Shown: positions 1 to 9,925, counted from the stretch's first letter. The stretch is 32,918 nt of DNA from an uncultured Halobacteriales archaeon (GCA_964561055.1 CAZLOO010000001.1:2918-35835); one strand, 5' to 3'. Translations and numbers: made by a program. Notes: generated from the sequence alone by a model not told the origin.

Positions 1-1
1 G

Positions 2-1003
2 TGGGACGGCCGCCTCGTCACCGAGGCCGTCCGCGGCGAGGGCGGCGTTCTGTACAACAGCGAGGGCGAGCGGTTCATGGAGCGGTACTCCCCCGACCAG
101 ATGGAACTGGACGCCCGGGACGTGGTGGCTCGCGCCATCGACCGCGAGATCCGGAAGGGCCGGGGCACGGAGAACGGCGGCGTCTACTTGGACATCTCCC
201 ACCGCGAGCGTGAGTTCATCGAGGAGCGGCTCCCCCGGATGTACGAGCGGTTCCAGTCACTGGGCGTCGATATGGCCGCCGAGCCCGTCGAGGTCGCCCC
301 GACCGCCCACTACGGGATGGGCGGAGTGGTCGTCGACGAGCACGGCGAGACCGATGTCAAGGGGCTATACGCCATCGGCGAGACGATGGCCGGCGTCCAC
401 GGCGCCAACCGGCTAGGGGGGAACTCCCTCGCCGAGACCATCGCCTTCGGCGAGGCGGCCGGCGAGGCCATCGCCGACCGGTTGGTTAGGGATGACTGGC
501 CCGCCGACGAGGACCGATTCCACCGTCTCGCGCGCCATCACCTCGCGGACTTGGCGACGCTGGCCGGCAGCGACGGAAGCGAGGATCCCGAGGTGCTGTT
601 CAACGAGCTCCGCGCGCTGCTGGGGGCCCACGCCGGCATCCTCCGGAACGGTGAGGAGCTGGCCGATGGGCTCGCGGCGCTGGAGGCGCTGCGCGAGCGG
701 GCCGGCGACCTCGCGGTGGGCGATCCCACCAGTCGGACGTTCGAGTTCGCGCTAAACCTCGGGTTCGCGCTGACGGTTGCCGAGGGGATCCTCCGGGCGG
801 CCGCCGAGCGCACGGAGTCCCGCGGCGCCCACTACCGCACCGACAACCCGGAAGCCGACGACGACTGGCAGCACAACATTCTCATCGAGCGCGACAGTGT
901 CGGCGGGATGCACTTGAGCACCGCCTCCATGGGCTCGCCCAGCGAGGTGGTCCAGGCGGCACTAGATGCCGGCTACGAATTGGACTACCACCAACTGGAG
1001 TGA
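2..1003 (+). CDS. FAD flavoprotein of the L-aspartate oxidase / succinate dehydrogenase-fumarate reductase family, C-terminal ~334 aa (5' end outside window)
   Basis: The frame is open from base 2: WDGRLVTEAVRGEGGVLYNSEGERFMERY precedes tracked ORF 77..1003. Family motifs RGEGG, APTAHYGMGG, HGANRLGGNSL and ESRGAHYRTD are present. NadB versus SdhA cannot be settled by eye. Confidence 0.8.
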   Translation, partial: WDGRLVTEAVRGEGGVLYNSEGERFMERYSPDQMELDARDVVARAIDREIRKGRGTENGGVYLDISHREREFIEERLPRMYERFQSLGVDMAAEPVEVAPTAHYGMGGVVVDEHGETDVKGLYAIGETMAGVHGANRLGGNSLAETIAFGEAAGEAIADRLVRDDWPADEDRFHRLARHHLADLATLAGSDGSEDPEVLFNELRALLGAHAGILRNGEELADGLAALEALRERAGDLAVGDPTSRTFEFALNLGFALTVAEGILRAAAERTESRGAHYRTDNPEADDDWQHNILIERDSVGGMHLSTASMGSPSEVVQAALDAGYELDYHQLE

Positions 1004-1189
1004 CCTCCTCCCGCGCTCGAATGCGCAGAAATCGCCGAAGGGAAGGCCCAGGTCGCGGATGTCCTCGGCGGAAAGGTACGCCGTCCCGTCACGCGTCGGC
1101 AGTCACTGTCCGGTGGCGACTGGGGGCAACGGGCAAGTTGAACAGCGGAAGGAGAGGTGGTCAGTTCGTCGGTCAGCCGGATCAGGCGG

Positions 1190-1555
1190 TCAGTTGCTCC
1201 CCGAGAGGAGCTCCCCGAGACCACCGGGCCCTCCACGCCGAAGCTCTTGATTGCGGCGAACAGCACCAGCAGGACGACCGCGGGCACAGCGGACGTCACA
1301 GTCAAGCCGTGCGAGTGGCCGCCGAGATGCCGAACCTGTCGCCGGCCCACTGTGTGTTGAACACATCGGCCAGCAGCAGCGAGAGGCCGATGGCGGCGAT
1401 TCCGAGCCCGCCAAGCGCGGACAGGGCACCAGCAGCAGGCCGTAGCCGAAGACGACGAGGCCAATCAGGACCACGGCGATGTCGACATCATCGAAGTCTT
1501 CCCGGAGCTGGACGATGTCGTAGTAGTCGTTACTTGATACATCACGCGAAGCCAT
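1190..1555 (-). pseudogene. Small membrane protein apparently broken by frameshifts (or assembly indels)
   Basis: ATG at 1555 opens MASRDVSSNDYYDIVQLREDFDDVDIAVVLIGLVVFGYGLLLVP. Protein-like hydrophobic sequence continues in a second frame (GALSALGGLGIAAIGLSLLLADVFNTQWAGDRFGI). It then moves to a third frame (LTVTSAVPAVVLLVLFAAIKSFGVEG) and returns to the first (GPGGLGELLSGSN, stop at 1190). No family recognised. Confidence 0.3.
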
Positions 1556-1595
1556 ACCCGTTACGTGAACCCTGCTACGCCCGCTCTGGACGGGG

Positions 1596-2066
1596 TTACC
1601 GGCCGGCCGCGTCCAGTGCGAGCCGGTGGAGCCCGCGGCGGTAGCTAGCGACGAGCGCCGCCGCGACCAGCACAGCCTCCAGCGCGCCCAGCCCGCTGGC
1701 CGCGTACTCAAGCCAGTACGCCAGGAATGCGTCGTCCGGGGTTGGGCGGGGCTCCAGCAGCGGCCAGGCGTAATTGACGAGAAATGCTGGGTACGCCACC
1801 ACCAGGTCCGCGGCGACGTGGCCGGCCCAGCCGACGACCAGCGGCGCGAGCGGCCGGTAGCGGGCCGCGACGAGCGCGAACAGGGCGACCGTCAGCACGG
1901 AGTGGCCGATCGTATGGGCAACCGGCACAAGTTCGAGAGCGAACAGCGGCTTGTCAACCAGATCAGGAACTACGGCACCGGCGAGACAGAGCGCCAGTGC
2001 CCGCCGGTTAGGGTCGAACGGTCGGGAGAGAAGCACGGAGACGGCGAGATGCCCGAACGGGGTCAC
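1596..2066 (-). CDS. Membrane-bound metal-dependent hydrolase, DUF457/YdjM-like
   Basis: 156-aa ORF with N-terminal MTPFGHLAVSVLL, several hydrophobic helices and conserved His/Asp positions (VPDLVDKPL, HTIGHS). This pattern is typical of the DUF457 family. Confidence 0.7.
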   Translation of the reverse strand: MTPFGHLAVSVLLSRPFDPNRRALALCLAGAVVPDLVDKPLFALELVPVAHTIGHSVLTVALFALVAARYRPLAPLVVGWAGHVAADLVVAYPAFLVNYAWPLLEPRPTPDDAFLAYWLEYAASGLGALEAVLVAAALVASYRRGLHRLALDAAGR

Positions 2067-2238
2067 GTCTCCACTACGTCCTGCTCCTTAGAGAGACTGA
2101 CGGCTGGGACCGTCGACTGGCGGGGACGGGACGGATCAGAACGAGACGGAAGTCGTGGGGACCTCCACCCATCCCCAGAGGAGCGGGCGTCCGTTCGCTG
2201 CGTATCACTTCCTCGATGACCCTGCCGACGGGGACGGG

Positions 2239-2796
2239 CTACCGTTCGGGGCGCCAGCGGCCGCCGATCTCCTTCCGGGGGTAGTCCTGGTAGCTGCCGT
2301 CAAGGAACGTAGTGACGCGACCGTCCTCCTCGCTGAGCGTGACCGCCCACAGCACCTCCTCGCGGGTGGAGGTCTCCAGCGCGCTCAGGTGTTTGGTCCC
2401 CATCCAGTCGGGGTACTCCAGCGGGCCGACGGTCTCAATCTCTTCAGGAGTCGGGCTCCGCACCCGGACCATCTGCTCTTGGACGGTGCCGTCGCCAGTG
2501 ATGATGACGGCGCCGTCACAGCTGAACGCCACGTCCCGAGCGACCCTGGTGAATGCCTCCGGCGATTCCGAGACGACCCGGCAGCGCTCGACCGGCCAGC
2601 GGTTGGCCCCGAGCGGATCGGTGTACGTGGCGAAGTCGATATCGGCGACAACGAGCATGTAGAGGCTCGGCCCGCTGACGTGCTGTTCGTCCCACCGGTC
2701 GAACTCCATGCTCAGGGTCTCGGCGGTGTACCGAATCTGATCCATCAGCTCCTGGCTCGTCGCGTACCGCCGCAGGACACGGTCGAGGTCGCTCAT
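2239..2796 (-). CDS. DisA_N / diadenylate-cyclase (DAC) fold protein with degenerate RHR motif
   Basis: 185-aa ORF. It has the DGA motif (FSCDGAVIITGDG), then GTKHLSALETS where DAC enzymes have GTRHRAA, then the fold-typical SEEDGRVTTFLDG. A TATA-like box lies about 24 nt upstream of the ATG. Confidence 0.6.
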   Translation of the reverse strand: MSDLDRVLRRYATSQELMDQIRYTAETLSMEFDRWDEQHVSGPSLYMLVVADIDFATYTDPLGANRWPVERCRVVSESPEAFTRVARDVAFSCDGAVIITGDGTVQEQMVRVRSPTPEEIETVGPLEYPDWMGTKHLSALETSTREEVLWAVTLSEEDGRVTTFLDGSYQDYPRKEIGGRWRPER

Positions 2797-2816
2797 CCTG
2801 ACGTGCTCACGACTGG

Positions 2817-2824
2817 TTATATGT
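2817..2824 (-). promoter_or_regulatory. TATA-like box for the DAC-fold gene
   Basis: The minus strand reads ACATATAA, centred about 24 nt upstream of ATG 2796. This is leaderless-type spacing. Confidence 0.4.
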
Positions 2825-2985
2825 CGTGTATCGAATTAACTCTTCCCGCCCCCGGCAACGGCGACCGGACCGCCGGGGCGGTGACGACACCGGAAAGTAA
2901 ATGAAATTGATAGGTCCGCCGGGCTGGGGTCGGATCGTGGTACCGCCGGTTTCGACGGAGTCGGTGGCCTCCCGCGCCGCGTCGG

Positions 2986-4167
2986 CTACCGGAGGTCGGT
3001 CGCCCGTTCCTCCCAACCGGACTCGAACAGGTTGATTGTGTGGACCCCCTCGCCGATGTACTCGTGGTCGGCGACCGTGTCCATGTCCAGTTCGACGCCG
3101 AACCCGGGGCCCTCGGGCACCTGGACGACCCCGTTCTCGACGGTCGGCGGATCGACCAGCAGCTCCTCTACCCAGTCGACATCGTACGTCTGGAACGTCT
3201 CGAGGATGGTGAAGTTCGGCACCGTCGTGCAGAACTGCGCGTAGATGGCTGTCGCCACCGGCCCCTGGGGGTTGTGCGGGGCGAAGCTCACGTGATCGGC
3301 CTCGGCGATGCCGGCAATCTTCTTTCCCTCGGTGATCCCCCCGGCGTTCATCAGGTCCGGCTGAACGAAGTCCACCTCCGTCCGGGTGACCAGCTCGAAG
3401 AAGTCGTGCTTGGTGAGGTGGCGCTCCCCGGTGGCGATCGGTACTGGCGAGCGCTCGCTCACCTCCCGGAGGCTGTTGATCGAGTCCGGCGGGCAGGGCT
3501 CCTCGAACCACGTGGGATCGAAGTCGGCGAGCCGGCGGGCAACGTCGAGCGCCTGGCCGGCGGTGAACCGGCCGTGGCCCTCTATCAGCAAGTCGACATC
3601 CGGCCCGACCGCCTCCCGGACCGCCCGGACGATATCGATCGACCGGTTGCGCTCGGCCGCGCTCATCCGCTGCCAGGCCGTCCCGAACGGGTCGAACTTT
3701 ATCGCGTCGTAACCGTCCGCGAGCACCGCCTCGGCGGCCGCCGCGAACCCCTCGGGGCTCCCCCCGGTATCCGTGTACCAGCCGTTGGCATACGCCCGTA
3801 GCTCGTCGCCGTGGACACTCCCGCCGAGCAGGTCCCGGACGGGGACGTCCAGCAGCTTCCCCTTGATGTCCCAGCAGGCCATATCGACCGCCGAGATGAC
3901 CGTCGTGTTGACGACGCTCTTTGAGTACCACTCGTCCCGGTAGGCCTCCAGCCAGAGCTGCTCCGTGTCGAACGGGTCCGCGCCGACGAAGTAGTCCGAC
4001 ATCTCCTCGATCGCGGCCGCGACCGTCCGGGGCTTGTCGTGGGTCGTCGCCTCCGCCAGCCCCGTGACCCCCTGGTCGGTCTCAACGCGGACGAATACCC
4101 ACGGCTTCCAGGGGTTCGCGACGATGTAGGTTTCCACGTCGGTGATCTCGGCATCGGGTACGGACAT
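2986..4167 (-). CDS. Enolase-superfamily (mandelate racemase/muconate lactonizing enzyme) sugar-acid dehydratase, galactonate/xylonate/gluconate-dehydratase-like
   Basis: Length and motifs fit the family: ITDVETYIV, ACWDIKGK, YDAIKFDPFG, DPTWFEEP, ATGER, DFVQPDLMNAGGITE, APHNP. ATG 4167 is preferred over tracked GTG 4176 because a weak TATA (CTTTAC) is centred about 28 nt upstream. Substrate not assignable. Confidence 0.9.
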   Translation of the reverse strand: MSVPDAEITDVETYIVANPWKPWVFVRVETDQGVTGLAEATTHDKPRTVAAAIEEMSDYFVGADPFDTEQLWLEAYRDEWYSKSVVNTTVISAVDMACWDIKGKLLDVPVRDLLGGSVHGDELRAYANGWYTDTGGSPEGFAAAAEAVLADGYDAIKFDPFGTAWQRMSAAERNRSIDIVRAVREAVGPDVDLLIEGHGRFTAGQALDVARRLADFDPTWFEEPCPPDSINSLREVSERSPVPIATGERHLTKHDFFELVTRTEVDFVQPDLMNAGGITEGKKIAGIAEADHVSFAPHNPQGPVATAIYAQFCTTVPNFTILETFQTYDVDWVEELLVDPPTVENGVVQVPEGPGFGVELDMDTVADHEYIGEGVHTINLFESGWEERATDLR

Positions 4168-4277
4168 ACACACCACCCGTGCGACCGGCCGGTAAAGCTG
4201 CCGGGGCAGAGCGGGGCCGGCGGCCCCACTCGGGCCGTGGCAGAACTGTTAGGGAGGTGCACCGAGACTGGGCGGGC

Positions 4278-5261
4278 ATGGACGAGCGACCGCTCGGCAC
4301 GACCGGCCTCCGGGTCTCCGAGGTCGGTTACGGCACCTGGCAGCTGGGCAGCGACTGGGGGGAGGTCAGCGAGGACACCGCGAGTGAGGCGCTCCGGGCC
4401 GCGCTGGACGCGGGTGTGACGTTCCTGGACACGGCGGACGTGTACGGCGAGGGCCGCAGCGAGCGGCTAATCCGCGAGGCGCTGGCCGACCGGCCGGAGG
4501 AGCCGGTCGTCGCCACCAAGGCCGGCCGGCTGCTCGACCCCCACACCGCTGAGGGGTACAACCATGCCAACCTTCGGGGGTTCGTGGAGGACTCCCGCGA
4601 GCGGCTCGGCGTCGACAGCCTGGACCTGGTCCAGCTACACTGCCCGCCGACAGACGTCTACTACCAGCCGGCCGTGTTCGATGCCCTCAAGCAGTTCCGC
4701 GAGGAGGGGCTGATTGACCACTACGGCGTCAGCGTCGAGCGCGTCGAGGAGGCGCTGAAGGCCATCGAGTACGACGGCGTCGAAACCGTCCAGATCATCT
4801 TCAACCCGTTCCGCCAGCGCCCCCGGGAGCTGTTCTTCAAGGAGGCCGCCGCCCGGAACGTCGGCGTCATCGTCCGGGTGCCGCTGGCCTCGGGGCTGTT
4901 GACCGGCGGGTTGAGCCGCGACACGGAGTTTCCCGAGAACGACCATCGCAACTTCAACCGCGACGGCGAGGCATTCGACGTCGGCGAGACGTTCGCGGGC
5001 GTCCCCTTCGAGACGGGGCTCGAAGCCGCCGACGCAATGGAACCGTTGGTTCCTGAGGGGATGTCGATGGCGCAGTTCACGCTCCGGTGGATCCTCGATC
5101 ACGAGGCGGTGTCGACAGTGATCCCCGGTTCGACGACCCCCGAACATATCCGCGGCAACGTGGCGGCTGCGGACCTGCCGCGGCTGCCTGCCGACCGCCA
5201 CGCCGCCGTCCGCGCGGTGTACGACGAGCACGTGCGCGAGCACGTCCATCACGGCTGGTAA
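4278..5261 (+). CDS. Aldo/keto reductase (Tas/YhdN-like, about 327 aa)
   Basis: MDERPLGTTGLRVSEVGYGTWQLG, FLDTADVYGEGRSE and IPGSTTPEHI are AKR hallmarks. The tracked ORF starts at 4179, but homology-like sequence begins at ATG 4278. Confidence 0.9.
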   Translation: MDERPLGTTGLRVSEVGYGTWQLGSDWGEVSEDTASEALRAALDAGVTFLDTADVYGEGRSERLIREALADRPEEPVVATKAGRLLDPHTAEGYNHANLRGFVEDSRERLGVDSLDLVQLHCPPTDVYYQPAVFDALKQFREEGLIDHYGVSVERVEEALKAIEYDGVETVQIIFNPFRQRPRELFFKEAAARNVGVIVRVPLASGLLTGGLSRDTEFPENDHRNFNRDGEAFDVGETFAGVPFETGLEAADAMEPLVPEGMSMAQFTLRWILDHEAVSTVIPGSTTPEHIRGNVAAADLPRLPADRHAAVRAVYDEHVREHVHHGW

Positions 5262-5292
5262 TTGACCGAGGCCTAACCGACCGCAGTTCGGG

Positions 5293-6366
5293 CTACAGTT
5301 CGACGATGCAGTCCTGCTCGGCGGCCCGATAGATGGCGTCCATGATCTGCATGTCGGTGAAGCCGTGGTCAGCATCGGGGTGGGGCGAGTTCCCGGTCAG
5401 CAGGCAATGTGCGAAGTAGTCGAACTCCTCGGTCATCTGGTTGACCTGCTCAAAGCCGATATCATAGCGCTCGTCGCCGACCGAGAGGCGGAACCCCCGG
5501 TCCTGACGGTTGAAAAAGGCCGGGTCGATTTCAACCTCGCCTTTGGTCCCCGTGATTCGGAGGTGGCTCGACTGGTAGGCGTTCTGGCTGGCGGTACAGG
5601 TAGCGAACACGCCGTCAGGGAACTGAAGGGTGAACGCGGCGTGCTCATCCTTGACGTCGGCGAACGCCTCCGTCTCGTAACTCAGGGAACCCTGAACGGC
5701 AGTCGGATCGGCATCGAGCACGAACCGCGTCGTATTGATCGGGTATAGTCCGATATCCATCACCGTCGCCCCCCCAGACATCTCGGGGTCAAGACGCCAC
5801 TGATCCGGGTCGGGAACGACCTCCTGTAACAGCCGCTGGGACATGTTGCCGTGGACGTGTACCGGCCTCCCGATGACCCCGTCCCGGATGAACTCGCGAG
5901 CGCGCCGGACGGCCGGCTCAGTCTGCATCCGGTAGGCTATCATCACCTCGATACTCTCCCGGGTAGCGATCTCAAGCAACTCACGGGCTCGCTCCAAGTT
6001 GGCCTCCATCGGCTTCTCGCAGAGCACGTCCTTGCCGAGGTCGGCAGCAGTCTCAACGAACGGTAGGTGCAGGGCGTTCGGGGTGACGATATACACAGCG
6101 TCGTAGGTATCGGCCGCGACCCCGTCGTGGAATTCGTCGTAGGTGATTCCGTGCTCGATCGAGTCGGCCAGATCAGCGGTCGCCTCGGCTTTCGACCTGT
6201 CACCGCTGACGACGACGGTGGTCTCACAGAAGTCGGACGCCTCGACTGCCGGGATCGCCTCCGCGCGCGTCCACCACCCGATGCCGATCATCGCGAACCG
6301 GACGGTTCCAGCCGGGTCGCTGGTCTGCCAGTCGCGATTGGTGAAGTCTCCGCCAGCGAGCTGCAT
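5293..6366 (-). CDS. Gfo/Idh/MocA oxidoreductase resembling haloarchaeal D-xylose 1-dehydrogenase
   Basis: RDWQ...[54 protein letters not shown] and [11 protein letters not shown] match my recollection of Haloarcula/Haloferax xylose dehydrogenase. ATG 6366 (MQLAGGDF) is preferred, with a TATA centred 28 nt upstream. Confidence 0.85.
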   Translation of the reverse strand: MQLAGGDFTNRDWQTSDPAGTVRFAMIGIGWWTRAEAIPAVEASDFCETTVVVSGDRSKAEATADLADSIEHGITYDEFHDGVAADTYDAVYIVTPNALHLPFVETAADLGKDVLCEKPMEANLERARELLEIATRESIEVMIAYRMQTEPAVRRAREFIRDGVIGRPVHVHGNMSQRLLQEVVPDPDQWRLDPEMSGGATVMDIGLYPINTTRFVLDADPTAVQGSLSYETEAFADVKDEHAAFTLQFPDGVFATCTASQNAYQSSHLRITGTKGEVEIDPAFFNRQDRGFRLSVGDERYDIGFEQVNQMTEEFDYFAHCLLTGNSPHPDADHGFTDMQIMDAIYRAAEQDCIVEL

Positions 6367-6389
6367 GGACGACAAGCCGGCGTGCGGAC

Positions 6390-6397
6390 AATTAAAT
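6390..6397 (-). promoter_or_regulatory. TATA-like box for the xylose-dehydrogenase-like gene
   Basis: The minus strand reads ATTTAATT, centred about 28 nt upstream of ATG 6366. Confidence 0.45.
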
Positions 6398-6555
6398 CCG
6401 GGCGGTCCAACCCTCCAGGAAAACGACCAATAAATCGGACCGGAGCGATTCGTTCGGCAGCCGGTAGCGGCGCCGCCAGTAGCGCGGCCCGGTAGGGTCA
6501 TCGCCATCGCTGCCCTCGGTCGGCGCAGGTGTGGGTCCGTGGGTCTGCGACAGCA

Positions 6556-6561
6556 CTATAC
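6556..6561 (+). promoter_or_regulatory. TATA-like box for the lipoprotein gene
   Basis: CTATAC is centred about 27 nt upstream of in-frame GTG 6586. Confidence 0.35.
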
Positions 6562-6585
6562 TGTCACGGCGAGTATGCGCCGAGA

Positions 6586-7410
6586 GTGCGTAGAGACGCC
6601 GTCGGGCTGCTCGCGCTCGCTGTCATTATTACGCTGGCGGGGTGTTCGGGTCTTCCTCCGGCCGATGGGGACGAGACCGGAACGGCACCAACGCCGGCAC
6701 CAGTACCGAGTGACGGGGAAGCCAACCCGCCGGGCATACTTGAGGACGACGTCGTGGTCGACAGGCTCATTGACGCCCACGAGCGCCGTCTCGGAGCGGC
6801 AGGGTACACCTCGATCAGCCGCCAGCGCGTCGTCGGGCGAAACGGTACCATGTGGGAGACCAATAACACGCGCCGAGTCGCCAGCGGCGAGCAGGTTTAC
6901 GCCGGTCGCATCGCTCACCGGGTAGTCGACTTCCCGCTCGGACGGTTCCCTGACACCTACGAGTACTGGACCAACGGGAGCGTCTACGCGAGCCAGCGGG
7001 TACTCGAAAACGCCTCCTTCTACGGGTGGTCGCGGGTCGACCAGCGGGACGATATCGAACCTTCGCCGCTGCTCCCCCGGGTGTTGCGCTCGGTGAGCAT
7101 CCGTGTCGTCGACCGCGAGTCCGGAGCGGTACTGACCGCCACCGAACTGCGTCGTCCCGGGACGTTCCCGGACCCGCCGTATCTGGAGAACCCGCGCAAC
7201 GTGAGTTTTACCGCCACCGTGACGGAGAACGGCGTGGTGACGCGGTGGCGGCTCAGCTACGACGCCACTATCGCCGGCCAGACGGTACGGGTGCAGCGCA
7301 GGGCGCGGCTCACCGATATCGGGTCGACGACGGTCCGCCGTCCCGACTGGGTCGATACCGCTCGCGAGCGAATGGAGACGCTTGAGGGAGAGTCCACGCC
7401 GGCGGAGTGA
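6586..7410 (+). CDS. Hypothetical secreted lipoprotein
   Basis: From GTG 6586 the protein reads VRRDAVGLLALAVIITLAGCSG (signal peptide plus lipobox Cys). A Pro/Thr/Asp-rich linker and an acidic globular part follow. The tracked ORF starts at 6529. No family recognised. Confidence 0.6.
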   Translation: MRRDAVGLLALAVIITLAGCSGLPPADGDETGTAPTPAPVPSDGEANPPGILEDDVVVDRLIDAHERRLGAAGYTSISRQRVVGRNGTMWETNNTRRVASGEQVYAGRIAHRVVDFPLGRFPDTYEYWTNGSVYASQRVLENASFYGWSRVDQRDDIEPSPLLPRVLRSVSIRVVDRESGAVLTATELRRPGTFPDPPYLENPRNVSFTATVTENGVVTRWRLSYDATIAGQTVRVQRRARLTDIGSTTVRRPDWVDTARERMETLEGESTPAE

Positions 7411-7509
7411 CGGGAGGTCGGAAACGTCTGCCGGACGCGAGCAGGACCACCTCGTCAGCGAGCGACTCGGAGAGTAAAGTATCTTGCCCGTCGGCCCCGG
7501 GCAAAGGAT

Positions 7510-8319
7510 ATGGACGGAGATCGGTTGCCTCCGATCGGGCTTGGGACCTGGGAGAACGATGACCCCGAGCAGTGTGCACAGTCCGTCGAAAACGCCCTCG
7601 GGATGGGATATCGACACATCGACACCGCGCGGTTTTACGGTAACGAGCGCGCAGTCGGGGAGGGTATCGCGGCCGCAGACGTGCCGCGGGAGGAGGTGTT
7701 TCTGGCGTCGAAGCTCCACCCCTTCGCGGAGGGATTGGCCCGCGAGGAAGTGTACGCCGGCGCCGAGGAGTGTCTGGAACTTCTCGGCGTGGAGTACCTC
7801 GACCTGCTGTACGTCCATTGGCCGGTCGGCAACTACGACGCCGAGGAGACCCTGGGAGCGTTCGACGACCTCGTCGCCGATGGGTACTGCCGACACGTAG
7901 GCGTCTCGAACTTCAACGTTGACCTGCTGGAAGAGGCCTTGGCAGTCCTCGACGAGCCGTTGTTCGCCAACCAGGTCGAGAGACACCCGTTGCTCCCCCA
8001 GCACCGGCTGATCGACCACGCCCGCGAACACGGGTACCACTTGGTTGCATACTCGCCGCTGGCACGAGGGGACGCACTAACCCTGCCCGCAGTCGAATCG
8101 ATCGCAGCCGAGCGCGGCGTCTCCGCTGCCCAGGTGTGTCTGTCCTGGGTGACCGCCCCCGAACCGGTCGTGGCCGTGCCGAAGGCGACCGGCGTCGATC
8201 ATCTTCAGGACAACCTCGGCGCGCGCGACGTTACGCTGACCCGTGAGGAGATCGACCGAATCGACGCGATCAACCGGCGCGAGCGGTACGTCGATCGGGA
8301 CGGGGCGCCCTGGCACTGA
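7510..8319 (+). CDS. Aldo/keto reductase, DkgA (2,5-didehydrogluconate reductase)-like, 269 aa
   Basis: LPPIGLGTWEN, GYRHIDTARFYGNE, LDLLYVHWP, GVSNF, NQVERHP and VAYSPLARG form the classic short-AKR pattern. Confidence 0.9.
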   Translation: MDGDRLPPIGLGTWENDDPEQCAQSVENALGMGYRHIDTARFYGNERAVGEGIAAADVPREEVFLASKLHPFAEGLAREEVYAGAEECLELLGVEYLDLLYVHWPVGNYDAEETLGAFDDLVADGYCRHVGVSNFNVDLLEEALAVLDEPLFANQVERHPLLPQHRLIDHAREHGYHLVAYSPLARGDALTLPAVESIAAERGVSAAQVCLSWVTAPEPVVAVPKATGVDHLQDNLGARDVTLTREEIDRIDAINRRERYVDRDGAPWH

Positions 8320-8480
8320 ACTGACGCCGACGACGCCGGGGGCCAGTCCGGTCCGGGACGGCGCCAGCAGGGACACCGAGCAGCGGTCTAAGGGACACGG
8401 CATGTGGGGGTGCCGCTGGACGCGAGCATCGAGAACACCGCCGTCACAGGGCGCCTTGGCGGTATCACCGACCGCCAAAG

Positions 8481-8488
8481 TATATATT
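8481..8488 (+). promoter_or_regulatory. TATA box of the ABC transporter operon
   Basis: TATATATT is centred about 26 nt upstream of ATG 8511. The palindrome GGCGGT-N7-ACCGCC (8458-8476) abuts it. Confidence 0.5.
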
Positions 8489-8510
8489 CACGAGAACCAT
8501 GTGCCCCTCC

Positions 8511-9665
8511 ATGGGTGAGCTCTCGATCGTCAACGCGACGAAAATATTCAACGACGGCGGTGAGGACATCGTCGCGGTCGACGATCTCAGCGTGGACATC
8601 GAGGACGGGGAATTCATGGTTCTGGTCGGCCCGTCCGGCTGTGGGAAGTCGACGACGCTGCGGATGGTCGCCGGCCTGGAAAGCCCGACTGATGGTCGAA
8701 TCGAGCTCAACGGACGGGAAATCCAGAACGAACGGCCCCAGGACCGGGACATCGCGATGGTCTTCCAGTCCTACGCGCTATACCCGCACATGAGCGTTCG
8801 CCAGAACATATCGTTCGGGCTCGAAGAATCGACGGACTTAGACGACGAGGAAATAAGCCGACGGGTGACCGACGCGGCCGAAACCCTCGGAATCGACGAG
8901 CTACTTGATCGCAAGCCAGGGGCGCTCTCCGGCGGCCAGCAACAGCGGGTCGCGCTGGGACGGGCGATCGTCCGGGAACCCGAGGTGTTCCTGCTCGATG
9001 AGCCGCTGTCAAACCTCGACGCGAAGCTCCGCGCCCAGATGCGGACGGAACTCCAGCGGCTCCAAGACGAACTGAACGTGACGGCCATCTACGTCACCCA
9101 CGACCAGACGGAGGCGATGACGATGGGCGACCGGATCGCCATCCTGAACGGCGGAGAACTCCAGCAGGTCGGCACCCCGATGCAATGTTATCATGAGCCC
9201 GCGAACCTGTTCGTCGCCGGGTTCATCGGCGAGCCATCGATGAACATGCTCCGGACGGCCAACGAGAACGGGACCCTGGTCGGCGAGACATTCAACTATG
9301 ACCTCCCGGAGGATATCGCCGCGAAGATCGAGGGACACAGCGACGTCACGCTCGGTGTCCGTCCGGAGGATATCGAACTGAACTCCGAGCCGGCGGCGGA
9401 CGAACCCATCACTGCAACCGTCCAACTGGTCGAGCCCCACGGCAACGAGAACGCCGTCCAACTGTCGTTCGTCGACCCGGACACCACCGACCTGACTGTC
9501 ACAGTCGACGGGATGCGGAGTTTCCGTTCGGGCGAGGAGGTCGGCGTCCGCTTCCCCGAGGACACTATCCATTTGTTTGACACGTCGAGCGGGCAGGCGC
9601 TTCACAACCGGCGGCTCACCGACGTCGACCGTGTCGAGCAGATCGGCGTCTCCCAGTCAGCCTGA
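8511..9665 (+). CDS. ABC sugar transporter ATP-binding protein (MalK/UgpC type)
   Basis: Walker A GPSGCGKST, signature LSGGQQQR and Walker B FLLDEPLS are present, with a C-terminal regulatory (TOBE-like) extension. ATG 8511 is favoured over 8499 by TATA spacing. Confidence 0.95.
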   Translation: MGELSIVNATKIFNDGGEDIVAVDDLSVDIEDGEFMVLVGPSGCGKSTTLRMVAGLESPTDGRIELNGREIQNERPQDRDIAMVFQSYALYPHMSVRQNISFGLEESTDLDDEEISRRVTDAAETLGIDELLDRKPGALSGGQQQRVALGRAIVREPEVFLLDEPLSNLDAKLRAQMRTELQRLQDELNVTAIYVTHDQTEAMTMGDRIAILNGGELQQVGTPMQCYHEPANLFVAGFIGEPSMNMLRTANENGTLVGETFNYDLPEDIAAKIEGHSDVTLGVRPEDIELNSEPAADEPITATVQLVEPHGNENAVQLSFVDPDTTDLTVTVDGMRSFRSGEEVGVRFPEDTIHLFDTSSGQALHNRRLTDVDRVEQIGVSQSA

Positions 9666-9925
9666 GACCGGACCGCCAACCGGGCACACAGCTCCCCACG
9701 ACCCGGGTCCGTGTTGCTTCGGCAGTTGCGGCGCCGGCGCGACGAGCGCTCGGCCGGCGGGAGGCGCCGACCAGCGCGGTAGCATGGCTCGTATCCCGGT
9801 TTCGGTGTACATTCGCCCGTCACACATCGGATGCGTCTCGGTCCCGACCCCAGGCACGGCGGATGACATTCCTGCTAACCGTTATATCCCTAATGATTAT
9901 GTGCGACCGGGACAATCTCCTCCCC

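Noticed and set aside
6556-8040. 494-aa ORF on the - strand
   Set aside because: It is antisense to the lipoprotein and AKR genes. It has shadow-ORF composition and crosses an intergenic promoter region.
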